Shown: in pieces, positions 41,362 to 51,448 of the stretch
Layout: every line of letters starts with the position of its first letter
Numbering within the stretch: position 1 is the stretch's first letter
From: Octopus sinensis
Taxonomy: Eukaryota
DNA: 64,000 bases
Direction: 5' to 3'
NCBI RefSeq assembly: GCF_006345805.1
Contig: NC_043004.1
Span: 12,400,001 to 12,464,000 of the forward strand
Program-made: the position numbers and the translations under genes
The notes under the pieces: generated by a model
Seen by the model: the letters and a program-made list of their open reading frames with translations, nothing else
Databases searched by the model: none
What the model was told of the DNA's origin: nothing

Positions 41362-41520
41362 ATTGGTGCAGTGTGGTTAAAATGCTCCCATTGCAACGAC
41401 GTGGTTTTGAGTTCTGTCTCACTGCGCGGTACCTTGAACTAGCGTCTTCATGTATAGCTTTGGCTGACCAATAAATTGTTAGGGAATTTAGTAGACGGAA
41501 ATTGTGTGGAAGCCGTCGGA
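41362..41520 (+). mobile_element. Degraded head of OR-like SINE
   Basis: ggtgcagtgtggttaaaatgc...tagacggaaattgtgtggaagccgtcg. Confidence 0.6.
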
Positions 41521-41606
41521 AATACACACATACACATATATGTATGTATGTATGTATGTATATATATATATTTATTTATTTATTTATTTATTTATATTTA
41601 TTTATT

Positions 41607-41637
<31 letters not shown>

Positions 41638-41648
41638 ATATATATATA

Positions 41649-41710
<62 letters not shown>

Positions 41711-41916
41711 AAGGACAACTACTTATTAAGTAGTTGTCCTTAATTGCAAAATTTTTATTCCGAAAAAACTTTTCCTCTCCCGAAATGCAATTTTGTAAAA
41801 GTCTGCCATTCACCCGGATGTAATATATATAAACTCACCCATGTGCTTCGTTGATGTTGATCAGTTAGCTGTTCGGCTTAAGCGAGGCAGGGTCGTTGTT
41901 TATTTATAATACATTC

Positions 41917-41964
41917 AGGCCTGCTGATGATTACGTAAGTATGAAATCACTGTGATACAGGCCT
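41917..41964 (+). ncRNA. Solo type I hammerhead ribozyme motif
   Basis: AGGCCTG-CTGATGA-t TAC gtaa GTA t-GAA-ATCA ctg TGAT-A-CAGGCCT: 7-bp stem I, intact core, GNRA loop II, AUA cleavage triplet. Confidence 0.7.
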
Positions 41965-42102
41965 ATATTTTTAAATGTCTTACTTTGAAAAATTGCATTC
42001 GGTGGGATTAGTAATATTTTTGGTAGAAATGACTGAGTGTCCCTCCTAGCGTTTGGCATGTATATATAATGCCTCCTGGCATGTATGTATAATTATGCCC
42101 TC

Positions 42103-42151
<49 letters not shown>

Positions 42152-42247
42152 GTATGTATTGTTGGAATTTACAAAAGAGAAAAAAACAAAAGACGAAGAC
42201 AGGTGTGTAATCAACAAAAGATGTAATTAGCTCGGGAAGTGAGGAAG

Positions 42248-42285
42248 TCTTTTAGGTTTCGAGCCTACGCTCTTCGATAGAAAGG
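42248..42285 (-). ncRNA. Degenerate hammerhead-like motif in a Penelope-like repeat end
   Basis: ccttt-ctatcga-a-GAGC gtag GCTC-GAAAC-cta-aaaga; the core is mutated; same family at 50203-50239. Confidence 0.3.
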
Positions 42286-42494
42286 AACACAGAAATAAAC
42301 AGGGAGAAAAAATTAAAAAAAGGTTTAGTGGCTAGCGATCAATCATGTGTGTCTGTGTGTGTGAGTATCCAAATTCTTAAAATCCAAATTCTTTGTGTAA
42401 GAGAGGTGAAAAGGTTGGAGCGAAAAACGTTTAAGGAAGATGAACACACATTCGTATGTGTATACAATGTTTCTAGTATAGAATATATATATAT

Positions 42495-42759
42495 TCTTTT
42501 ATTTGCTTCAGTCATTTGACTCCGGTCATGCTGGAGCACCGCGTTTAGTCGAACAAATCGACCCCAGGACTTATTCTTTTTGTAAGCTTATATTCTTTTG
42601 TAAGCCTAATACTTATTGTATCAATCTTATTTTCCGAACCGCTAAGTTACGGGGACGTAAACACACCAACATCAGTTGTGAAGCGATAGTGGGGTGACAA
42701 ACACAGACACACAAACATATATATGTGCATGTATATATATACATATCACCATTTATTGA

Positions 42760-42797
<38 letters not shown>

Positions 42798-42809
42798 ATA
42801 TATATATAT

Positions 42810-42848
<39 letters not shown>

Positions 42849-43025
42849 ATATATATATATATATACAACGTGCCTCCTTCAGTCTCCGTCCACCAAATGC
42901 ACTCACAAGGCTTTGGTCGGGCTGAAGCTATAGTAGAAGACACTTACCCTAGATGCGAGGCAGTGGGACTGAACCCAGCAGCATGTGGTTGGAAGCAAGC
43001 GTCTTACCATACAGCCACTCCTGCG
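42495..43025 (-). mobile_element. OR-like SINE
   Basis: tttgcttcagtcatttgactccggtcatgctggagcacc...cttaccatacagccactcc. Confidence 0.85.
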
Positions 43026-43348
43026 TCTACGTGAGATTTTGCATTATTTTACCAGGCCTATCATAAATGGATTTACGATCCGTTCAAAGGATGTACTGTG
43101 CCTCCAACATGAAGGTACTTACGTATTTATGTATTATTTTTCTTGTTTATTGGTGTTGTGTGCGCTTATGCGCTTTTGAGTAATATTGTCTTATAATTTT
43201 ACACCTCATTGCCTAATAGCCATAGTAATATTCACAATTCGAAACAGCTGTAAATGTTAACGTATTACTACATCATGTCATATGTTACAACGCATGTAAA
43301 TATATCTATACATTTATGGTTATTCACATCTCTTTATATGTGTTTGTG

Positions 43349-43410
<62 letters not shown>

Positions 43411-43507
43411 TAATCCAAACAAGAAAGCACAAAAAAAACACAACAACGCCAGGACGTGGAACAAATATAGTATTATTGAACGCTCAGGAAAGAAGGAAAG
43501 AAGGAGG

Positions 43508-43541
43508 GCTTAACGTTTCGAGTGGAGTTCTTCGTCGGAAA
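43508..43541 (-). ncRNA. Degenerate minimal hammerhead-like motif (CCGACGA core)
   Basis: gttt-ccgacga-a-gaactccactc-GAAAC-gtt-aagc. Confidence 0.3.
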
Positions 43542-43614
43542 CATAGGAGAAGGAAAGATCCAGAGAAGGGAAGACAGAGGAAAAAAAATCGCCAACGGTA
43601 CACACAAGGTCACA

Positions 43615-43661
<47 letters not shown>

Positions 43662-44333
43662 CTTGCATAATATCTGAGAGCAGAATAAATTAGGAGATTC
43701 GGTTACAAAATTTATATATCATAACATAACACATTACATGTCTTTACACGTGTTTCGTTAGCGTGTACTCGTATGCCGTGCAGTAATCGTTACATAATCG
43801 ACTGCATAATTACGCTTGCTTATCAGAAAATAAATATAATTTAATCCATTATTGGTTACCAGTCAATTGGTTGTTAGAACCAAAGTGGTCTTTACTCTGT
43901 ATTCGAATATACACTCTGTAATTTATTCAAATGTGTATCATACCAAACGAAAATGGGAGGATCCAACTGGGAAATGGATATTATGTATCTACTTAAAGCT
44001 CTAAGAAATTGGCATGCTTTCCTATTCAAAATAACTTTTCAATATATATATATATAACTTAGATAAAACTTAGATATGTTTCGACCAAAGATTGCTCCAG
44101 GCCATGTCTAATTTCATAGCACCACCTGATAGGATTATCTAAATTCTGTTTAAGCCAAGTTTTGTTTATGGTCCATTCAAGTAGTGAGTTCTTACTGTGT
44201 GAGTATCCAACCATGGGTGGCTTATCCGGTATTCCTTGAAGAAATCTGTCCAGACTCCGTTTCTTTCAGGACAATGTTAAACAGGGCAGAGCCTGTTGAG
44301 AAAAAGAATTTATACATACACACACACACACAC

Positions 44334-44377
<44 letters not shown>

Positions 44378-44611
44378 ACACATATATATATATATATATA
44401 TAATTATAAATCTCAGAGCGAGTTATAAACAGTAGCGGTAACACATCGTGACGCATATTTGCCATTTGAATATGGCTAACCCCTAAGGGTGGATGCTACT
44501 GTAGTTTGTAGCCCCAGGAAGATATCTCCTCCAGCTGGCTATAGACACACTATCTGTGTCCTCTCAGTATTTGTGAAGGGGAGTCATCCTCCCCGTCTTC
44601 AACTCATGATA

Positions 44612-44656
44612 CACACGGACCCGAGTTTCAAGGTGTTTACCTTTCATCAGCGTGTG
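44612..44656 (-). ncRNA. Type I hammerhead ribozyme (canonical core)
   Basis: CACACG-CTGATGA-AAGGT aaac ACCTT-GAAAC tcgg GTC-CGTGTG. Confidence 0.85.
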
Positions 44657-44960
44657 ACAATCATGGTTGTCGACGAGAAGTCAGCTCCCTTCAAATACCG
44701 ACAGGACGCAGATAGTGTGTCTATAGCCAGCTGGAGGAGATATCTTCCTGGGGCTACAAACTACAGTAGCATCCGCCCTTAGGGGTTAGCCATATTCAAA
44801 TGGCAAATATGCGTCACGATGTGTTACCGCAACTGTTTATAACTCGCTCTGAGATTTATCATTGTTTGATTTCACTTTTTCAATATCAGTGTCAATCGAC
44901 AATGGAAAAAGTATATGTATTTGTGAAGGGAGCTGACTTCTCGTCGATAACCATGATTGT

Positions 44961-45005
44961 CACCCGCTGATGAAAGGTAAACACCTTGAAACTCAGGTCC
45001 GGGTG
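44961..45005 (+). ncRNA. Type I hammerhead ribozyme (canonical core)
   Basis: CACCCG-CTGATGA-AAGGT aaac ACCTT-GAAAC tcag GTC-CGGGTG; predicted cleavage after 44999. Confidence 0.88.
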
Positions 45006-45297
45006 TATCATGAGTTGAAGACGGGGAGGATGACTCCCCTTCACAAATACTGACAGGACACAGATAGTGTGTCTATAGCCAGCTGGAGGAGATATCTTCC
45101 TGGGGCTACAAACTACAGTAGCATCCATCCTTAGGGGTTAGCCATATTCAAATGGCAAATATGCGTCAGGATATATATATATATTTGCACATTTTGAATT
45201 TGTTAGTGATGGCAGTCTGAACGGGTCATCTGAGGTGATAAGTCGCCAAAGGGTATGTTCTTTCTTTTTAGTGCGTCCAAATCCAAAATAAGAAATG

Positions 45298-45358
45298 TTG
45301 AGCTGACGAAAGAAATGCTGAGTTTATTTGGCTAATCTAGAAACGTTAACGTACTCAA
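45298..45358 (+). ncRNA. Type I hammerhead motif, copy 1
   Basis: TTGAG-CTGACGA-[imperfect stem II]-GAA-ACGTTAACGT-A-CTCAA. Confidence 0.6.
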
Positions 45359-45860
45359 ATAATCTTTGTACTTGTGATATTTTTCTGTTTTTACCTCCAT
45401 ACCTTCGTGAGCTATTTTGAGTAAACATTATCTGAGAGAAATTTTCTTTAAGTAGTGGAAATGGCTAAAAAACTTTTTTGGCTGCTATTTCTAGAAAGTT
45501 CAGTATGTGGCAAAGTAATTTATTTTACTAAGCCCTAATTATATAATGTAATATTTTGAATTCGCCTTAAATGGTCCTTTTACATACTGAATACTTGGTG
45601 AAATTGATTAATAACTAATTAATTTTACCCTCAATTGTTGATATTATAATTCATTTCTCTCTGTCATATTGCCTCGGTTCTCACCGTTAAAATATAATGT
45701 TTGCTAGATAGCCCACGTGGGTGGAAGGGGAGAGCAGGAATCTTCACTTGCACATTTTGAATTTGTTAGTGCTGGCAGTCTGAACGGGTCATCTGAGGTG
45801 ATAAGTCGCCAAAGGGTATGTTCTTTCTTTTTAGTGCTTCCAAATCCAAAATAAGAAATG

Positions 45861-45921
45861 TTGAGCTGACGAAAGAAATACTGAGTTTATTTGGCTAATC
45901 TAGAAACGTTAACGTACTCAA
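45861..45921 (+). ncRNA. Type I hammerhead motif, copy 2
   Basis: Same motif, 563 nt downstream. Confidence 0.6.
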
Positions 45922-46105
45922 ATAATCTTTGTACTTGTGATATTTTTCTGTTTTTACCTCCATACCTTCGTGAGCTATTTTGAGTAAATTTCTTTAAGAA
46001 ATTTTCTTTAAGTAGTGGAAATGGCTAAAAAACTTTTTTGGCTGCTATTTCTAGAAAGTTCAGTATGTGGCAAAGTAATTTATTTTACTAAGCCCTAATT
46101 ATATA

Positions 46106-46138
<33 letters not shown>

Positions 46139-46207
46139 AATATATATATGCATATATCTATCTATCTATCCATCTAACTCTATTTATCTATATATATATA
46201 TGTATAT

Positions 46208-46279
<72 letters not shown>

Positions 46280-46299
46280 ATATGTATATGTAAGTGTGT

Positions 46300-46500
46300 A
46301 TATATGTGTGTATGTTTGTGTGTCTGTTTTTGTTCCCTCACTATCAGTTGACAACCGATGTTGGTGTGTTTATGTCCCCGTAACTTAGAATATGTACTAT
46401 GCTTACAAAGAATAAGTCCTGGGGTCGACTTGTTCGACTAAAGGTTTTGGTCCAGCTTGGCCGCGGTCAAAGGACTGAAGCAAATAAAAAATAAAAGAGC
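46300..46500 (+). mobile_element. 3' part of OR-like SINE with internal deletion
   Basis: ttgacaaccgatgttggtgtgtttatgtccccgtaacttag...ggccgcggtcaaaggactgaagc. Confidence 0.75.
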
Positions 46501-48753
46501 ACATACATACATACATACATACATACATACATACATACATGCATACATACATACATACATACATACATACATAAAAACATACATACACGCGCGCGCAAAC
46601 ACATACGTTAACTTGGAGTATTTTATTCAGAAACGTTATATCAATGAATAGGAAGATAGAAGAATGCGACCAAAGCATGTCGTTTTAAATTCTTCAGTGA
46701 AGTCTATCATGTGCCGTAAATCTTCAAGCAGCCTTATTAATCCATTTGACTAGCAACTGGTCGATGCGATTCAGCGCCGCCTTCTAAGCCAACAACAACC
46801 CTGAAAGTTGACCGGCCCCCAGTTACATAACCATTTTCTCTGCATCAGTGTTTGACTCCGACTTGGAATTCGGATTTATAAATGAGACCAGTGCCGTTGC
46901 AGCTCTGCAGAAGATATTTCCAAACTGCAATTGTTGTTCAGCTTTCTCAACGCCGGTCGCTTTCTTCGATACGTCAGCCTTAATGCTATCGTCAAATGTA
47001 GTTTCGACACACCGGTGTTATAATGCAAGAAGAGCTGGTAGTGTTATACGTCAATTACGACAAAAGACGGGATGGCATCACAAACGTCCGAGACACCAGG
47101 TCTCTCAGTTGGGATGTGATATGCAGCCTTATTATCTCCAACTGCAACCTAGTGAAGACAGCGTTAAACCCAGACTTCGTCACTCGATGAGTAGAGGGCC
47201 GCCATCAAACGAAATACTGGTTGGTCTCAGGTTTCTGTTCAAAAGTAAAGGAGAGTCGTCCCACATCCTGGACTTCGATTCAAACCCCCTCTCATTTTGA
47301 TGTAGAAATTGTCATCCGAACGAGTGAGAGTCTTGATGCCGAATAGTTCTTTCAGCACATATCCTTCGCTAGTTTTAATATTAAAGCATTTACCTTTCTG
47401 GCCGCCGGCACTACGAAATAATTGCATGATTCTCGGTAATGTAGTTCACTGTAAACTATTCTTTTTATAAATTAAAAATCGTACTGAAACGTGCCAGAAA
47501 CGCGGTTTAATAAATCATAATTTTATTGCATTTTTCTCTTATTAAAAAAGAAAAATATATTTTCGATCACAACAATATTATTTTTCAAAATCAATGATAT
47601 ACAGAAATCCAGATGTCATTGTGTCGAAGCCTAAAGGTTATCAGAAATATTTTATAGAAGTTACAGTAGTAACGGGATACCAAAGTTTCTGCCAATTAAG
47701 TAAGTCAGTATTCTTTGGTATTCTACGCCAACTGCGCGTTAGCTATCCTCTTTAAAATCATTTTTTAGAGGTGAGAAAATGTTTAAAATACGTTATATGA
47801 AAACGCATTGTTTGATAATAATTTACTAAAAGTTTTCGATGTGATGTTTCTAGTTAAATAAAATAAATTTCATGCATCCAGGTTATTTCAGTTGTATTTT
47901 AGGAGGGCCATTATGCTAATTATTAACAGAGCTGGCGTAGAGATGGTATGTTATTGATGAGGTCGCGAATGGCGATGAAATGACTTTGTGATATCTAGTT
48001 GACTGCTTGGTTGATCGAACAGTTAAACACACAATCGATTAGGTAATTAATTAAATATTAGTCAATTGACAAATAAAGAAAAATAAAGATGTGATATATT
48101 ATAGAACCAGCACGTATGTCTATTATTATTGGCAAAATAAACCTCCTGGGGTACAACAAAATATATTTCAACACGCGAGTTCAGATCAAGAACCTTACAA
48201 TCTAAATGTAAAGCAAAATGATTTCAAGTTATTCAGCTGTTTCATTTTTGACCATCTTTTAAACAAATAACTTTAAAATACAAAATTATTCACGTGAACT
48301 GCCAACAGGATGTTGACGATGAATTCGGGAGAATTCCGACTCTTCTGATTGGCGGAATATTTAAGACACATCACAATTAATCTGCGAACTCTAACGAAGT
48401 GACTGGAATTTCTTTCAATCGTTCGTTTTTGAAGATGGACTTAGAGCGTTTGATAATGTAAAACGAGTAAATAGAAAGAAGAATAACGTAAGTTTGTCTG
48501 TTAAAACTCTCATTGTTTTGGTTTTCTAATTTATAATATATGCGTGTGTGTGTGTGAGTGTGTGTGTGCGTGTTTGTGTGTGCGTGTTTGAGTGTGCGTG
48601 TATTATTTAGATTTACACATATGCATATATACAGACACATACACGCACATACGAACACACAATTACTCCTACGTGCATACAAACGTGCATACATGCATGC
48701 GTACATACATACAAACATACATACATATATATATGTATGTTTGTGTGCTTGCT

Positions 48754-48806
<53 letters not shown>

Positions 48807-49233
48807 GTATGTGCATGTATATATTGTGTATACATATGTATATATGTATGTGCATGTATATATTGTGTATGCATATGTATATATGTGTGTGCATGTATAT
48901 ATATTTATAGATGACACCACATCTAAGATTAGTTCGTATTTTCCCATTAACACGCACCCTTCATAGTGTGAGCAGGTGGTTGTGTTTAAAGAAAGGAAAT
49001 GAGTCAAAATTAAATTGGTGCAGGGACAGCCAAACTGTTGTTGAAATAAAATTGATCGACCGAAAGGCAATAACATAATTACAGCCACAGAGAAAGAGGG
49101 ATGCACACATACGTAGACACATACACAGCCACGCATAATATATATATATATATATATGATATACATACATAGTATAGCAGTAGAACATCAACTCATATAT
49201 ATATATATATATGAATGTATGTATGTATGTATG

Positions 49234-49268
<35 letters not shown>

Positions 49269-50043
49269 TTGTGTGTGTGTGCGTGTATGCAGGAATATTC
49301 TGCAATAGGATACGCAGCATGATGTCTAATAGAGGCAATTTTAAGTGCAATGAGAAACTAGAGCAATGCAAGTAATTTGTTACAACCTCGTGGTCTATTT
49401 CTATGTGTATTAAAAACTGCTCCTGAGTCGGAAGAGGATTTGGATTAGGAGAGAAACCACAGTGGCCAGAATCTCTTTAATTTATCTGCTAAAATTACAA
49501 GAAGAATAAACAAATAGATTAATCTAAAACCAGCGGTATTCGAGAGAGAAACCCGGTAGAGGTCACCACCAGAGGTAGATAGCACCTACTGAAAAAAATT
49601 GCAATGTACCAGGGTAAAATGATGTTTGATATTACAGTCGTGCGTTTGAGCACCATAGCCCATTCGAGTAAAGTCCCATTGTTTGCAGAGGATTTATCCG
49701 GGATTAGATAGTTTATCTGGAATTTGTTGGTGTTACGCACCCAGGAACCGTTTGAATGTTAGATCTTTTTCTTTTCTAATGTCTTAGCACGATGTTAAAG
49801 AGAACAGGGCCAATAGATGTGAAATAGTTATGTTTTAGCATTGAGATGTGGCACGGGCATGGTTTTACAGAAGACGGATGGCACGGGTTCCAATCCTTGG
49901 GTGAATTGTAAAGTTGACGCTATCATCATTTGGGCAATGTTCTTGAAATATTTTCCACATCATAGAGTGCTCACGGTGGCGTTAGAGAGACTAAGTTTGT
50001 CGTCTTCTTTTTATGATAGATTTCTTGGGTGCTTCAATTTTTG

Positions 50044-50076
<33 letters not shown>

Positions 50077-50202
50077 CGCACACATATCCCTTTCACTCAG
50101 CCACTTTCTTCTTGCCATTTCATCATGCTAAACCGTTAATCCCTACACCTTTTTTCTCTCTGTTTTTTATCGTGCTCTCTTCTTTTTTTCCCCACCTCAT
50201 CC

Positions 50203-50239
50203 CTTTTTGTCGAAGTGCTTAGGCTCGAAACGCCAAAGA
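50203..50239 (+). ncRNA. Degenerate hammerhead-like motif (same family as 42248)
   Basis: ctttt-tgtcga-a-gtgc ttag gctc-GAAAC-gcc-aaaga. Confidence 0.25.
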
Positions 50240-50374
50240 ATTTTCCATTCTTCTCGAGCGTCAAACTAATACATCTACTTGTTTTTCTATCACCTATCTC
50301 TGTCTTTTGTTTTCTGTAAATTTGAACAACACACACACACATATACATACATATATATATATACTTCTTTTCCT

Positions 50375-51448
50375 TTTCTTCTTTCAGCTTGAGAGCTGCG
50401 GCCATGATGGAGCACCGCCATTTGCTTTGCTACACTTTCACTAAACCTCCTCTGATGTGTGGCATTTGGTGAATGAGGGAGTTTGATGTTGCTGCCTTCA
50501 TCTGCGTTTCTTGCCGCGAGGTAGGTTTATCCGGAACTCATGACAGATGGAGATCCAGTATTGTTTTGAAGACGCCTAGATCCACGCCATGTAGGTCTCT
50601 CAGGATCTTCAGGTGGATATTGAAGAGTTGCGAGCTTCTGAAGCCCAAGCTGGTGATGGCAATGTTGGGATTTTTGGTACTATGCAGCAGCGCCCCGCTC
50701 TGCTACTTGAGGGACTTTCGATGCTACAGTTTAGTAGAAGTTCAAGGATTTTCTAGATGTATGTTACTGCGTATTTTCCCACCTTCGTTCTAGCTAGTAG
50801 AATGTAGTAGAACTTGTTCAGCCTCTTAAAGTAGCTGATATATCGCATTGAACCGATCTTCTTTGAAAAGCCTCGCTGAATTGCTTTGTGTAGTTCCGTC
50901 ATTAATTTTATACTGTGTGGTGGCCACAGTTGGGACTAGTAATACAAACTGAGGATGAATATATTCCAGAGGACTATCATGGTTTTCTGTTCTCTCATTC
51001 TGAACGTTCGAAGGATCCATCCGACCAATCGTCTACATTTTACTGCCATCTTAGTAATATGCACTGGAAAGATGCATGTCAATGACCGGGTCGCGTACCG
51101 ATTTTGCTTCAGGTATTGCAGTCCTTCCTGGGCCAGTGTATCATGTCTGCTTTTCATTGGTCTTCGTGTGTTTGTAGCGCAGGGCTAGGAATTTTCCAGC
51201 ATTATACTGTATGTTATTTTCCTCAGCCCATCTGTTTATTGCGTTCAACTCCTGTTGCAAATGACAACGTCTCCAGGGTCTCGTATCCTCTGTGTGATCT
51301 GTATAGCTATCAAGGGTGGTTACCTGAGCAGCTGAGGACATGTCTGAGAGGGCCACTATGAATAGCAGCGGTCCCCAGACAGTGCCCTGTCAAACACCAC
51401 TCATTATTTGTATTTCCTTAAAAGTGGCCAACACTACCTGACTTCTAT
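50375..51448 (-). pseudogene. Older CR1/L2-group LINE, 3' part (continues at 53758)
   Basis: RSQVV..IMSGV*QGTVWGPLLFIVALSDM, LNAINRWAEENNIQYN, LVGWILRTFR, LGFRSSQLFNI; tail tggcggtgctccatcatggccgcagctctcaagctgaaag. Confidence 0.85.

Larger units (their letters stand above)
44402..45168. mobile_element. Hammerhead-bearing ~352-bp non-coding monomer in inverted plus tandem arrangement (retrozyme/Penelope-like)
   Basis: 44402-44698 is an inverted copy; 44699-45168 is tandem with a 352-bp offset (cgacaggac 44699 / tgacaggac 45051); flanked by (TA)n. Confidence 0.8.
45185..46107 (+). mobile_element. Tandem ~563-bp non-coding monomer (1.6 copies), one hammerhead motif per copy
   Basis: ttgcacattttgaatttg at 45185 and 45748; flanked by (TA)n. 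Confidence 0.82.

Noticed and set aside
48310-48345. ttgacga-t-gaattc ggga gaattc hairpin
   Set aside because: No GAAA after stem II, so not a hammerhead.
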